A DNA stretch of 64,000 bases, taken from positions 28,582,001 through 28,646,000 of the forward strand of contig OZ076420.1 in the NCBI GenBank assembly GCA_964187785.1, written 5' to 3'. This document shows, piece by piece, positions 1 to 14,111 of the stretch. Below the pieces are notes generated by a model. That model was not told the DNA's origin. It searched no databases and was given only the letters and a program-made list of their open reading frames with translations. The position numbers were made by a program, and so were the translations under genes. Origin of the DNA: Amphiscolops sp. MND2022. Lineage: Eukaryota. Each line of letters starts with the position of its first letter. Positions within the stretch are counted from its first letter, which is position 1.

Positions 1-744
1 ACTAACCTGATGCCATTGATTGAGAGAGAGAAAATTCACTACGTTAGATGAATGAAATGGGAAGAAAAGAACGAGGGTTTTGATTGGCTAATAGAAAATC
101 CGAACTCAGCGTAAACTTTAGCATAAGGCGCAAGTGCCGCAGTTTAATAGACAGTTCGTATAATATTTTGAATAGTAGCGATTATATTTCCAATAATATA
201 ATGAATCACTCTGAGATATGGTCAATTTTTGAGCATTTATTTTATTTTGAGCAATTGAATCAATTCGATCTGTATCAATTTGATCTATCGGTAGTGCAAG
301 CCAGCGTAATAAAGTCAATGGTTTGGTGATTCAAATTCGAGAGAAGTGAGAGCTTTCTAAGATTTTTGAAAATTAAAAAAACGTACTCAAACCAAAGACT
401 ATTGAAAATTAGTCACGAAGTCTGAATTGTGTCAGAGCTGTTAGATGCGTATTCGAGCCTAATCGAATTGAACTGCATCATAAGATGGTGTGCAATTAAA
501 CTTACCATGATTCCAGATATCAATGAACAAGCTGAGAACAGCAAACGTCGGCGCAAGCTTTCGTATCGCAAAGCAAAACATTCGTATCGACGATCTATGT
601 GTCTTGAGGGGAAAAAGTGACTGTAATAGCAACGCGAGTTTGGTATAACTAGAATTTTAACTAAACTGTGAAACAATTTTACAATTTTACAACTGCAACT
701 TACAATTTTTTTAGCAAAAATATTTTCAACTCTCAAAATCAAAC

Positions 745-1195
745 GTCATTGGGGCGCTTAATGCGGAGACCCTTTCAGAATTTTCGCCATTTCTGTCGCA
801 AAACATCAAAAAAATTTAAGGAGACCGTTTGAAGTCAATAAAAATTTCTCGAAAAAAGTCTCACAATTCCGAAAAACTGAAAGGGGGACTCTTTGTGATT
901 TTTCAACATCTATTCTGTCGCGTCCCAATCTGTCGCAAAAAATGAAGGGGGTCTTTGGTGAAAAAAATTCAAAAAAGTCTCACAATGCCGACGAAAAACT
1001 GGAAGGGGACCCTTTAGTCTCCCCCAGTGTTGTATGTTGCGCTGGAAAAAAGAAACAACTCTTCCGGTTAGGGCCAAATGGTCCAATTTAACATCTGAAG
1101 TTTCGTAGAACTTTTAAAAACTATTTTGGTATGGATTGAAAAAAAGTTACTAGTATGTCGCGTTTCACTTCATGAAGCGCGTCTCAAAACCAAAT
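745..1195. repeat. Interspersed non-coding repeat (MITE-like family)
   Basis: Motifs GTCTCACAAT(G/T)CCGA and AAGGGGGACCC recur here and near 31035-31085 and 31400-31430 (partial copy near 44476). CGCGTTTCACTTCATGAAGC occurs at 1159 and 32433. Boundaries approximate. Confidence 0.5.
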
Positions 1196-1542
1196 GAAAT
1201 CAAAACTACTGGGAATTGAGCACAATTGAGACTATAAGAAAACAACGCGAGGAAGATCATAAATTGGAGTGAGCAAAGTATTTTTATGTTAAACTAGGTT
1301 TGAGATTCTTAAAAAAATTAATCTCAATCTCGTTAAACGAATAGATTTCAGTCGCTGTGGGGTCAATTGAAAAGTTGTCGACTCTGGCAGGGCTAAGAAT
1401 TAGTAAGAATTTAGGTCGAATTTTTACAAATTTTGTGATATCCTAAAATTAAGGTAACACAAAAACGTTTACTACCCTTTTTAGCCTATGTTTGAAAAGT
1501 AAATTTTATTCAAAAGAAATCGCCCTGATTCGGCACAACCGT

Positions 1543-2321
1543 ACCCGGGTTTCCCGACCAGTTTGATTATACTCTGATCATATATGGTACCATACAAATC
1601 ATACAAGTGTTTTTCTAGGACCTTACCATGATTAATCTGGAATCATATATGATTCAGAGTATGGTCAACCTGGAACCATAAACTTCTATGGTCTAGCCTG
1701 AAACCATAAATGGTCCAGTCTGGAAGCATAAATGACCTAGACTATGGGCAAACTGGAATCAAAAGTTTTTGGTACAAATGCGGGTTGACGTGATATGCAA
1801 TTTAAACAAAAATTTTCAAATATTGAGAGCAGCCAGCTTTACAGGCTGAAGGTAATAGAGCCACACTCGTTCTTTTGTATGTGGGGACAATCAATTGCAG
1901 GTCAGAACTCCGTTAAATTCTTACCAGAGTTAAAGACAAACTATAGTCACTCAATTTGTTCTCAGCCACTCCTCAGTGGTAGTACCCACGTTCAGTGTGA
2001 TTTTTTGATTCTTTCGAGAAAAATTACCAATAATTAAGCAAAAGTTGCCAAAAATTGTTGATTGCTACCTTATTTTCAGATTGTATTGACATTTTAGTTG
2101 AGGAATATCTAGTTATTTCATCAAAGTATGTGTTAATTGACATTTAAAAATAATTTTTTATGGCTGCAGGCTGAATATACTCTGGGCCGTAAAGGTTCAT
2201 GGTTCCAGGCTGACCATACTGTGGACCATATATTGTTTAGAGTATGGTCAGCCTGGAACCATAAACCTTTATGTTCCTGAGCATGATCAACCTGTTTTTT
2301 TTATGGGAGGGAAACCCGGGT
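1543..2321. mobile_element. MITE / non-autonomous DNA transposon
   Basis: 13-bp terminal inverted repeat ACCCGGGTTTCCC (1543-1555) / GGGAAACCCGGGT (2309-2321). Several subterminal ATGGTCANCCTGGAACCATA-like repeats at both ends. No coding capacity. Confidence 0.6.
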
Positions 2322-2745
2322 GCGGATACTCAAAACATTTCCGTGAACGCACAACTATCAAATGGTTCCTGTCACGCTTCACCTGATTTTACTTCACAAA
2401 TCGTCATTATCTTTCAAGAATTTTGTAAAAAAAAGTGATTCTACCAATTGACTGAACTGACACTGAGATCTGTTTAATCACTTGTATTTAGTCCGCGTTT
2501 CATTGAAAAATAAAGATACTCTCCGTCGGTTGTTTTTTTTCAAATCACTCGAACTGGCTAAAGAAATTTACTAAAGTTCTACAAAATCATAAAATCTCGA
2601 AATGCACCATTTGGTCAAGCAAACTGAACTATATGCGTTGCCATCTCTGATCTGAATATGCACAGTATCCAAAAATAATACAATATATTCAAAGTAAACT
2701 GCGTAAAAGTGTCTTATCCCAGTGCAAATTGTCTTGGAACTCTTC

Positions 2746-4577
2746 TCAAGATCTTGCATTTTCTTGTATATTCTCATTTACTCTTGAAAGCCTTGATAAG
2801 ATCTTGTTTAATCTAGCTTCACACAAACCTGTTGAAATTCTTAATAGAAATCTTGGTAGGAGTCTTATCAAGAGTGTTCCGATATTGAATTGGATGTCAG
2901 CTGTGGCTATTGGTTGTTCCAATTGGGCATTAGCGCATTCAATTTTGAAAGAAGGTTGGGGGTATTCCCTTATGACGCAAATGTCCCTGTTCATTTTGAT
3001 TATGTTGTAATCGGACCAGGACATTGCATTGATGAACGCCGAGTCAACAAGTCCGTCCATTGTTATTTCATCGAATTCGATAGGCAAGTATACCATCTTT
3101 CGTCGTTTTTTGAGTACTAAGGTTGAGTGTAGGGGTATGTATGTGCCTCCAACCTTTTCAGCTATGTATTCTTTGGTTGAGTTGAGTGGGAAGTCGTCTG
3201 GGAAGGTAGATTTCTTGGTGGATCCATGAGTATCTTCCTTGGGCGATTGTGACGATGATTGTTCGTCAAGGGAACTTGTATTTTTATCTACCGGTGGTGC
3301 AATGGGCTGTTCTTTGAAAGTGAGGGAGGACTGGTCGTAAAGGTCTGGCCTGTCCCAGGGATCACATCTGTAGTCTTTATCAAACTCATAGCCTCTTTCT
3401 TGGTCTGATTGTCGGAGTGGCCGTTTGATCGTCATGTATTGATTGTCGGAATCTTTGATCCATTCTGGGTATTCTTTTTGTTGGTCATTTTTGGCGTTGC
3501 GCCTTTTTATTGTAGCGATTGCATTAGAGTACATATGCAAGGTAAATTTGCTCAAAGCACAATTTTGTGGTTTCAATACCTCGGATTCCACGAACATACC
3601 TTTAACCGTGCAAAATTGGCAAATAACTTCATAAGTCCCGGATTCCACCGACAAGCATTCCACGGACAAGCACAGAATTTATCGTGTCCCGCATTCCACG
3701 ACAAGCAGCAAAATAGCTTGCCTATGCACTGTAATGTGCTTGTCGTCTCAGCCAGTCCTTAGTTGGTATTCCATTGCATTCTGTTGTTGTGTCATTGTTG
3801 TGTTTGGTGGGGGGTGCTCTATTCAATACGCTCTCGCGTCTCCTGTTTCCCCGAAGCGCAGGCGCGGCGTATTTAGTTTTTTGATTCGTCGACAAGTTTA
3901 GTTGTGGTAGGTTGAACAAGGTGGTCCGTTTTGCGTTCTTGTTGGTTGTGACGCTTGGGTCGCGCATCGTTGGCAGAGTTGGCTCCATTCCAACAATCTT
4001 CCGTTTTGTGGGGTTTGCCGCCAGTTTCGCATTTGAACGTATTGCCTGCACAGTTGTTTTATGGACCGTTGTTTTTTCGGGTCTGATGCCACTTGTCTTT
4101 TTTCATTTTTCGGCATTCAGCTTTGAATTGGCCAAATATATTGCAATAGAAACAATACCCCTTTCTTCTTTTTGGTGTTCTGAGTGTTATTTTCTACTGG
4201 TTTTGCTTCAGTTTTAGGTTAGGTTTCCTCTATTTTGTTTAGAGGGACGGGGGTTACTTCTTCTGGCGCTCCAAGGCAGTTGAGTATCATTTCCTTTTCT
4301 AGGTGAAGTACGATATCGTTATACGGCTTGTCTTCAATATAGGCTCTATTGAGTTTATCTTGACGTGGTCGGGCATTTTTGCATATTTTGCTTTGTCTAT
4401 AAACTGTTGGGCTTCTGCCCCAAATCCTTCTTTCAAGGTATTTTGAAATACGTCCAAAAGTTTGTGGAGATTTTGTGTTGAGGGATCGAATCTGAGCGCA
4501 ACCCAATTGCATCCTGCTTTTGCCATTGACAAATAGTCTCCAAAGGGACGTTTAAAGATGGTCATTATTTCGTCCAT
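2746..4577 (-). mobile_element. Decayed Gypsy-type gag-protease fragment
   Basis: Frameshifted gag-like ORFs 4577-4219, then ORF 3669-2746 with a degenerate aspartic protease region (YLPIEFDEITMDGLVDSA...FKIECANAQLEQP) resembling the protease at 62079-62645. No RT or LTR seen. Confidence 0.75.
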
Positions 4578-7500
4578 TGAGTCTTTTTTGAGTCTTCTTT
4601 GTTACAAACGCTATAAAACAACCTCAAAACGACCCTAAAATGACCAAAAACTACTGGGAAGTTTTTGAAAAAATAAAAGCAAGTAATCATAGTATATATG
4701 CCTCAATTTCAACCCAAACTATCAAAACACAATTTTTTCCAATTTGTCGTTTTCCCTGCACTTTGTGTACACATTGTGAAAGTTTTTGTGGCGATGAAAG
4801 CTCAAACACGAACAGACTAGCTTTGCAGTATGCTATTTCAACTGAGAGTTGCAGTATTTTAAGAATGACTCTGATGAGTCGGAAAGAAAAAAAGTCAAAT
4901 TCAACGTTTCTTACTCAAAGTTCTAATTTGTTTGAGACGTTTCCATCGTTGGAAGGTTGAAAACGTTCAGCAGTGGCAAATGAGTTACCAGTAGGCTTTT
5001 TGAAGGTCACTTGCATTTTCACGTTAGGGAAGAGTCACAAAATGACCCCAAATTAGTCGAAAAAGAACAAATTTTGGCAGTTGTTTGACCAATTAGTGAA
5101 CTTGTAATACGATTTACCAAAGTTTGTAATATTCGAAAACTGTAAATTTGTATATAGGCATGCAGAATGTTTTAGAAAAATAACAATTTTGTATGTAAAT
5201 ATTTCCTCAGAACAACTCAAAACTAGTAAAAAATCCATATTTTTCATTCCGATGTGTTTATATACTTTTTTGTAAACTTCTCGAGCAATTCGGGAATTCA
5301 AGAACGACTGGATCCGATATCAACGAAGCGTTTTTAAAATATCTGCATTTCTTGGAAGAATTCCTCAAACGACCGCAGAGTTGTCGGTAAAGCAAAATTT
5401 TTCCAACTTTGACGTTTTCGGAGACTTCGCGCAAACAAATTTGGTTGGTTAGGTTTTGGTATTCACACGAGCCGACAAAAAAATAAAAAGGTGTTCTTGA
5501 AGTGTTTCCTTCTGAAATAGAATGACAGAAATAGAGAAACATGTGATTTTTTTGGCGATTCTCTACAGGTAACGCAGGTGTTAGTGCCGAAATCCAGGAA
5601 AGTTTTTCAATCCACTTTTCTCCATTCTTGAAATCCCCTGTATTATAATTAATACAGATGAAGAAACCACAGAAGACTACCACAAGTTTGTTGCGGTCAC
5701 TGTTTTTCCCCGATTGGCGTCGCAATGGAAATGATGTTGCAACACTGGTGCATGTCAAAGCGGTGAACAAAACCCTGTAAAATATTACACTCAAGTTTGG
5801 CATTTTTTTCAAACCTTTTGAACTTATTACCTTTCTACTTTTATGCCTCACATTTTTTTTCGCAAGACTCCCCAATTACTTTTTCTTTCAAACATTCTTT
5901 GCCAGCAAAAAACAATTGCTTGTCTGAACTTGCAACGAATCTTTTTTTCAAAACCTTTTTTCCATACGAAAATTGACGTAACATAGTTCAGCAAAGACTC
6001 TGAGCTGTCTTGAAATTATACTTCGGCCTATAAATGTTTAAGATGCGAAGAACATTGATGACCATTCAATCTTATTGACACGAACTTTTCAAAAAGCTTG
6101 GAAAATTTAATCATTAAGAGTACATCATCTAATCTATCAGCATTTTCTTTCTGTTGATTGCATTGCGAGTAACTATTACACCTGTTTGGTATTAAATTCC
6201 AGCGTAAAAGTCACCTAATTCCCTAGTAAATATGTTCTTTTGTTCTCTAGATGGACGTGAAAAATTATAATCTCCTTTTGCATTTGAATAAATTGACCCC
6301 TTTGTACAGTTTTCCATTTTAATCAGCAATTCAATTGCCTTGTTTTTCTATTTCGTTGCTATTTCGTCCATTGTTGGTTGCTGTTTTTAGTTTCCGTGAA
6401 CAGCACAGGTTAGCAAACATTGTATACAAACAATTTGAAAAAAAAATCGACATTGCAGCTGACATTTCAATGATTCTATCTGGGAAACCATTTCGGCTTC
6501 AAACGATACCAACAAAGTTGTTGCCTACTTTTTCTAAAACTTCACAAAACCCGGTTGCGAAAAACAACCGTAGCCGAATGTGCGGTAAGGGAGTCGCAGA
6601 CGGATTAAATTATTGAAAAACAAATTACGTACTTTATTGTTTTTTGGACTAATTTTGGCTATGTTTCTCAGATCCCAGTCGTACGATTTGATGTCAATGC
6701 ACACGCAGGAGCACCTTTTGGTGTAGAATGATATTTTCTGTTCAATATGTTATGCAAATCGTATGGCGTTTTTGAGAAATCTGAATTTTCCACCGAAAGA
6801 TCGGGTGAAAGAAGTACGAGCGCATAAGTAGTCCAATTTTTTACGACTCCTAATTAACACTATCGGGGCTCGGAATCAAAGATGCCCCGATGGTTGTCTT
6901 ATTTTTTTTGGATTTCAATAACTGTTGAAGAAGATTACCAAATTGTTGAACAAAAAATTTTGTTGAATAAAAATTCTTCAACGAAAGATGCCAACATAGC
7001 AGTTTGCTGGTTGAAAAGTGTGAAAATTGCAAAAGTGGTTCCAAATCATACAAAAGAGCATCAATCGAACAACGTATACAAATGAATCGGTTTTCAGACA
7101 TCCCTTGGCATGTAATTTCTAAGCGAACGGCGACATGAAACTCGCGTTCGGTTGTACATAAGAGCAAATAGGACTTTTGATGTTTTTCACAGCTTTGTCA
7201 GTTTGCAAATGCGTCAAAAAAAGGATTGTTCAAAAACTATCATGATGATTTTGTTTCGATATTAAGAACCATCTTGATAAAATTTCAAAAACTATCAGCA
7301 TAATTTAAAATAATTTCAGATCTCGACAATACATTAACCTATTTCCCTAGTTGAAAGTGCTCGAAAGTTTTACATGTTTTTATAGCTTGCAAGGCAAATG
7401 TATTAGGTTTTTGGGAGCTGCTCGGTGAAAATTTCATGCTTAAAGTTTTCATGCTGCGTCACTAGTTCTTCAGGTATTTATTAGGTTTCCTTTACAATTT

Positions 7501-7726
7501 GGAGGGTTTTCAGAGTAACATCAAGAAAATAAAACCCAAAATACCCGCGAAATTTTGTACTACCCCGAAGTTACTTTTCCGATATCATGGGACTTTAATG
7601 AGTATCAATACCCGTTGCCATTAATTTTTTGATATCGTTTGATGCAGTGATTGATACTACTCTTTTCAACTTTTGCTCAAGTCTTGAACTATAAACATCA
7701 TTAGTGTTGTTCTAATTTCGTTTTAT

Positions 7727-8030
7727 TCACTTTGCTCTTGTGGGAGCTACTATTGCGTCAAATTTCATGTCGACACCATCTACGTTAATAGCGACCGGGA
7801 CCGGTGAAATCGTTTTGACCTTTTGAACGCGCGCGAGTTTGGTTTCGTCTTCCATAGTAAAATGTGGAAGTGGTCGAGCAGCAACCGTATACTTGATGTT
7901 TCTACACAAATCCTCTTTCAGTTGGGCTAGCGTTAGCAAAGGGCGCATTTTTTGCTCGGCCGAAAGTAATCAATGTATCGAAATGAGGGTTTCGGTGCAA
8001 TTGCGAGCGGGTGCTTCCACCGTTAACTAG
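7727..8030 (-). pseudogene. Possible retrotransposon coding relic
   Basis: Short protein-like frame (ISPVPVAINVDGVDMKFDAIV) next to an LTR element; no diagnostic catalytic motif. Confidence 0.25.
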
Positions 8031-8162
8031 TATTTCACTAGTTTATTTATGCTCATAGAACCAAATTTAGCCGTCCAACAGAATCCTCCACTGGACTCGG
8101 AAAAATCAGCACGCTAAGAAAACTGCGGCTGAAAAGCGATGATACTTGGTATTTATTTTTCA

Positions 8163-11100
8163 TGTTCGCAAAGTGACACGAGACTAAAAAGTTTTCGACA
8201 CTGAGCGACTAATGAATATCATAAGTAGGATAAGAAAGTAAGGGAATGCTATACTGTATTGTAGTCAGCTGTAACTGTAAGAGTTCATATATAATACTAC
8301 AGTAGGTTCCAGTATTGTGGCAGGTTCATTACGTAACATAAAGTGGTCATATTATCCAATGTTACATGACGTTTTGACCTTCAACTAAATCGACGCCACG
8401 TTCAACATTCCCATCCATTTTGGGCTAATTGTACACTTCAATAGAGATTTGTTAAACGTGTGTACAGTTTATGGTAACATAAAAATGACAATTAATAATA
8501 ACATTAAAACAATAATGAATGAATAAATAAATGATGCAAGTTTACATGTTGTTATCTAAGTCAGCAGCTCAAGCATTAGTGAGTTGATGAAGGCTGAGTT
8601 GATGAAGAAAAGCTGAGTTTTCTTTTTGGGTAAACAAATATTCGCGTTTTAACCGCGGCTGCTTCTGTGATGACGAAGTCATCGATTTTGTCTCTCTCTC
8701 CTCCGTTTCTTCGGCTGTTTGTGTTTCACTTCTTCTGGGACTGGTTAGTTTGATCGTTGACTTTCTCAACGGTGTTATCTGTAAGTATCAATCTGTTAAC
8801 GGGTTTGCAAATCTTACAATAGGGGTATTGGATCTTATTCTTGAGGATTTTTAAATCTGGTTCTTAATAATTTTATTTGTTTCATATGTGTTTGGTATTT
8901 CAATTATTTTGGTTTTTGTTTGGTTTTCGTTACCATTTTTGTCGACGATTGTAATTGTGGTTGAGTCCTCGTTGATGGTCTCTAGGTTCTGCTCCAGTTG
9001 TTAGTCTGTCTTCCTGTCTACGCGTAGTTTCAGATTGCTTGCACCAGGTAATTTTGGTTAGGGACTGTGGGTCAGCTTTGGTCTGCCCCCTCCTATTGGT
9101 GTCGGTGGTGTCGAAGCTTGCATCCATTTGTTCAATGGATGTTTCTCCTGCTTGCGTGCTTTCTCCTCTTCCCTCTGTCTCTGATAGAAACTCTTCTTCT
9201 TCTTCGTCCTCTTCCGTGTTCCTTGAGGGTAGGGATATTTGGATGAATCGTCCACCCGTTCCCCCCTGTTCTCTTCCCGACTTGATAGAGAATTCTAAAA
9301 AGAGTTTGGTAACGGTTTACTTGCTAGTTTTCGATGGAATATTTTATTTGTGCCCGTAGTTATTGTATGTTTTGTTCCAGCTAACGCTGTTTGTAATTGT
9401 TTGGTATTCGCTTTCGAAATTTGTTTTTGTTTTTTTTTTGTGAAGGAATTTGTATAGGAATTGGTTACTAACGTCACACTTCATTCGTTTCGGCCTCTTC
9501 ATGATCAATTGCTCGTATTTCCATTTTTGAAGGGACAAACCTGTTGTGTCTCCGGTTGTGTTGAAATATACTTATAGTTATTGGTAGGTCAGTTTAAGTA
9601 GCTAGTTAATTCCGTTCGTGGCTTTCTGCCGTAATGTCGATCGAACGGTGTTTCTTTACTTTCGGAATGGACGGTCATTCGCTTTGTCATTAACGAACGG
9701 TGTGGTGTAATGTTTCATTTAAGTTACAATTGACCTCCGAGTTTGTTCTCATTGATTTCTTTAGGGTTTTTATCCCCTGTTATACTAGCCCAGTGGCTGT
9801 ATGAAGATATGGCGTGCCAAACATTAGTTTTATGTGTAGATTCTTACACATATGTCTGAAGTCTTTCTTGTAAAGGCGATACTTTTATCTGTTCTGATCG
9901 TTTCTGGGATACCGTTTAGTGAGTTATTTTTCTCTAGATAACTTTTCGCTGCTTTACTAGTGTGGGTTTCGCAAATGCAAGCTGCCGGCCATCTACTATA
10001 CCGGTTGGTCGATAATCTGTAAAATCTCAGGTTCTTGAATCATATTGGTCCAATGAAATCCATTCAGATTTCTTGGTTTTGCTCCTCTACCGGAGGTAGA
10101 TATTTCAATTCGGGCCTTGGTAATTGAGGCCTAATGCTCTTACCTGACATCTCGCAGGAAATGCAATCGTTGCATTTTGCTTGTATGTCTTTAGTCAGCT
10201 TTGGCCACCAGAAGGGTCTGGCCGCATGATTCATCTATTTGATCGCTGGGTGCCCTTTATGTAGTTGCATAATCTTTGTGCGCCTGAGAGGGTTTGGCGC
10301 TACAATTTTGTCGTCGTAAAATATTAATTCGAACCTCATCGACGGGTTCTTTTTTTAGTCCTTGTTTTCGTCCGGATTTTTTCAAGGCTTCTTCGTTCCA
10401 GGCCTACCAGCGTTTTCAACAGCTTTTGGTTGTTGGTTGTCTCGTCTGCGATTGTTCGTAGGTCAGTGGAAAATTTCTGTTCCACCTACCTCACTGTCTC
10501 TTCTGAATCCCTTTGGTCTTTGTATTGTACTTTGCCAGCCGTTCCCATCTGAATGTATCACACTGCCCGCTCCGGGAAACCTTTTGAAGTTTATAGTCGG
10601 TACTGCACAGGTTTGATCCGAGTCGGAAAACAATGTCTCTCTTTCGTCGTTCTGCTGCACTTCTAGCTCTTTATCTCTGTCTGGTAACTGTTCAGTGTTG
10701 CTGCTGCTAGTTCCTGCTTCCTCACTCCTGGCATCTTTCGAATCTTCTCAATGACTCATATGGATACACTTCAATCCGTTCTTGTTCTGCTCGTAACGTC
10801 CTAGGTTGGGTGTACTTTCGCCATTGTCCCTGTATAAATCGAAAACTGCCCGGTTCCGTAATCTCATTCCATCTTGTGGTAAGTCGTAGAGTATTTTCTG
10901 AAGGGTCGCCTTTTTCAATACTTTCTACCATTTGGGCGTTCATTTTTTTTGATGGTTTTATGTTTCGAAAATTATTTCACTTGTTTTTCTAGTCTGCACA
11001 GTTTGTAAGGGCTTGTGTTTGCTCTGTTGATTTCTACTGAATAGCTGTTTGTTCAGGCTTCTTGCTTGTGATTGGTTCTTTATCTGCTGTGCTGTTGTTT

Positions 11101-12990
11101 CGTCCGTATGTGACGCCGCTCTCGTTTCATCGATGATACTTCCGTGAGTGTTAATGAACTCCAATAAGAGTATTGCGCAATTACCTAAGTATTCAGCGTC
11201 GTAAGTTTCAATTGGCTCCGGCTTTGCTGTTGGGTTTCTTCTTAGATTATTCGTCTTGTTTAAATGTTTTCCTGCAATGTGCTTTATTTTTTTATCACAG
11301 TGTGCAAGCCTATCTAGCCATCTTGTTAATATTGCACTGTATGGTTCGTTTGATGAGTTTCTTTTGATTAGTGACTCCAGTGCTCGGTGATCGGTCAGTA
11401 ATTCGATTGGCTTTCCGTATATGTATAAACGAAAATGTTCCAGTCCCAATACTACAGCTAGTGATTCTAGTTACTTTATTGCGTACTTTTTCTCCGATAA
11501 CAATCTGCTCGCGAATTCGTTCGGTTTTAAGTTTCGTCTTTCTGTTTTCGCCATAGTGTCGCTCCCAATCACTTTGTACTTGCGTCTGTCGTTAGGATGT
11601 TTTCACGATTTGAATTGTACTGTGATAGGCATGGTAGTTGTGTTATCAATTTTTTCAGATTGTTGAACGCCTCCGTGTGTTCTTGTGTCCAATTCCATTT
11701 TTTTTGTATTTTGTGTCTTTTCTGATAATTTCTGTTCGCGCTGAACAGTTTTTGATTTACTTGGATAGATATTGGATCGCTCGCAGAAAAAATTTCAACT
11801 CTTTCTCGTTCTTTGGTGTGTCAATATTTGACATCGCTTCCAATGTGTCTGTCCAATAGTGGCCTGATCCCATTTTGATCTTTCCGCTGTACTATACTTT
11901 CTGCTTCTTTGTGAAAAAAAATCACAATTCTTCAGGTGTAGTCTGTATCCGGCATCTTCTAGATTCTTCATTGTTTCTTTTATCTCCGTTTCAAGTTTTT
12001 CTATGGTTACTTTGGTCACAAATATGATGTCGTCTAACCAAGCGAGATGTTTAAAATCTATTGTTTTGTCAATCCGTTCCTTTAAAATTGTTTGTATGTC
12101 AGCCAGTCCGTAAAATCCTTTTAAGAAACGGTAAAATCCGGTAAATTCTCCTCCCATAACGGTAAAAATGCACAGGTTTCTCGTTGCTTCGTCCAATTTG
12201 ACTTAGTTTTAACCTTACTCTAAGTCTAATTTTGTTATCCAAATCTCACCATCTTTTTCTTCCGATATCTTGCGTGATATTCTTTGATATCAGTTCTTTC
12301 ATGTTTGGCATCTGAGTATTTCTCTTTATTGTTGCTTCGGTTAATTTCCTCGAATCTAGACCATTTTATACCAAGTTACAATTCATCACCGTGATCACTG
12401 CGGGCTCACGAAGCAGTCCTCCTCTCTTTCTGTTGCTCTTTCCAAGTAACCGTTTTTTATTAGTCGTCTAGTTTCGTCTGCTAGTTGATCTTGTAAGTGT
12501 ATCTGTCTTGGTCTACTTTTTTGTTGTATTATGCTTGCGTCTTCTTTCAGATTTATTTTCAAGGACAAGATTTCATTGCGGTGTTGTTATAGAATAAATA
12601 CTGTCCGTTGTTTTTAATACAGTCCGTTGTTGCATTCAGTGCATTTCCAAGACGTTTCATCCAATCCAATCCATTACCGGTTTTATATTGCCTTTAATAA
12701 GTAGCAGTGATAGTTGAAGTGTTGTGTTGTTTGTTCTCACTGTTGCTTTAGTTTGCCCCAGAAATTTAATCTTGTGATCATTTACATTTTTGTAGCTGAT
12801 ATTTAACTTTGTTACTTTTGAGATGTCGTTAAAGAGGCGTTGGGGTATTAGTGTAACTGGTGATCCGCTGTCTATTTTATTGGTGCATCATTGACCAATA
12901 GTGTTGCGTGAAAGTAATCTCCTTTTTTTGTCGTTGTTGTTTATAATCTGTATTTTGTTGTAATCCCAGTTATCTTCATCGGGTGATGAT
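8163..12990 (-). mobile_element. 5'-truncated, decayed Gypsy LTR retrotransposon (PR-RT-RH-IN, putative 3' LTR)
   Basis: Protease KIDSGSPVTLIP (~12880), RT AWLDDII (12196-11795), RNase H LEHFRLYIYGKPIELLTDHRAL (11449-10958), integrase zinc finger and core (HKGHPA..WWP..CISC, ~10270-9500). Purine tract GGATGGGAA precedes TGTTGAAC at 8407; putative LTR 8163-8407. Many stops and frameshifts. Confidence 0.85.
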
Positions 12991-13390
12991 GATGCTTTGT
13001 CGAGGTTTTGAATCTTCGATGCCTTCGACGCCACAAGAAGTTATCAACACTTTTTTGAGCCTATGGAATGAACTACGAACTCATTATGCTGAATCTTTAG
13101 TTTTTTCAATGCATAGTCGAATGGATAAAATTATTCAGACTAATGGATTTCGTCATTTAAAAGTTCAATTAGTTCTGGTCTCGCGAACGTTTTGAAACGG
13201 TGTATACTAGCAGCTGAAGAAACGTTTACATCAGGTGCATTCAACCAAAAGTGTCAAGGGCCAAAAATAAGTGTTACCGAAAACTTTTCTGAAATCTCTG
13301 AAGAATCAGCTTTTCTTGTTTTAAGTCTGAAAAACCTCAAAAAACTTTTGTTTGACCAGACGTACTGCCACTGGGATTCAATTTTACAAC

Positions 13391-13637
13391 ATGGACAGCG
13401 ATCAATTCCGAGAGTTTGGGAGGCGAATGATAGACTATTGTGCTGACTACATGGATAACATCCGACGTCGCCCGGTTCGAGGAGATGTGAAACCTGGATA
13501 TGTCCAAAAATTGATACCAGAGAACGCCCCAAAAGAACCAGAGTCTTTTGAGAACGTGATGAAAGACATTGAGCCAGTCATCATGCCAGGAATGACTCAT
13601 TGGCATCATCCTAACTTCTACGCTTTCTTTCCAACAG
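13391..13637 (+). CDS. Ddc: Aromatic L-amino acid decarboxylase, exon 1
   Basis: ATG 13391, MDSDQFREFGRRMIDYCADY...PGMTHWHHPNFYAFFPT, the typical group II PLP decarboxylase N-terminus. GT donor at 13638 (phase 1). Confidence 0.95.
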
Positions 13638-14111
13638 GTTACACCTTCTTTGCTGTGTACGTAAAACACCAATCTTCAGAAAAGTTAATTTTGGCGTATT
13701 TTTGTTTCTTATGATCGTAATTTATGATGGTAACGTAAAATTGTTTAATTTGGATGGGGGAATCTTTTTTCTAATTTTTGACTGGTTGCGAACTGTTCCA
13801 GATACTTCAAACTAAGTTAGCTGAAAGATTTACTTTGTTAGATCGCGAGGCTTCAATTTTATGTCTATCCAAAAAGTTATAACCAAAAAGTCTATAGACG
13901 AAGAAGAAGAAAGTTAATTTCCCCAATTCCGCGAAGTGGACGCCGAATAAGCAGTTCTGCTTTTCTAAGTCGGCGCCCTTTCGGATACTATCTCCCCATA
14001 GCAGGCTATGGTACCATATTTGCAGCCAAGTGGTCAAGTAATAGTGGACTTGAAGCTGTGGTTTCAAAGTGACTTGCTCAAGGTCACAAAGGTCTGACTT
14101 GCTCAACGTTG

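Noticed and set aside
5258-5875. 205-aa - strand ORF
   Set aside because: TTG start, no motif, composition typical of AT-rich non-coding DNA.
6850-7170. Cys-containing protein-like stretch (EKCENCKSG...)
   Set aside because: Interrupted by stops and not assignable to any family by eye.
13352-13390. N-terminal extension MTRRTATGIQFYN of the ORF-track Ddc ORF
   Set aside because: It starts at TTG; the ATG at 13391 aligns with the usual DDC start.
14107-14111. Target-site duplication for the 14112-24672 element
   Set aside because: Only TTG (3 bp) is shared by the flanks (CGTTG / TTGCT). That is too short for an LTR-element TSD, so none is claimed.
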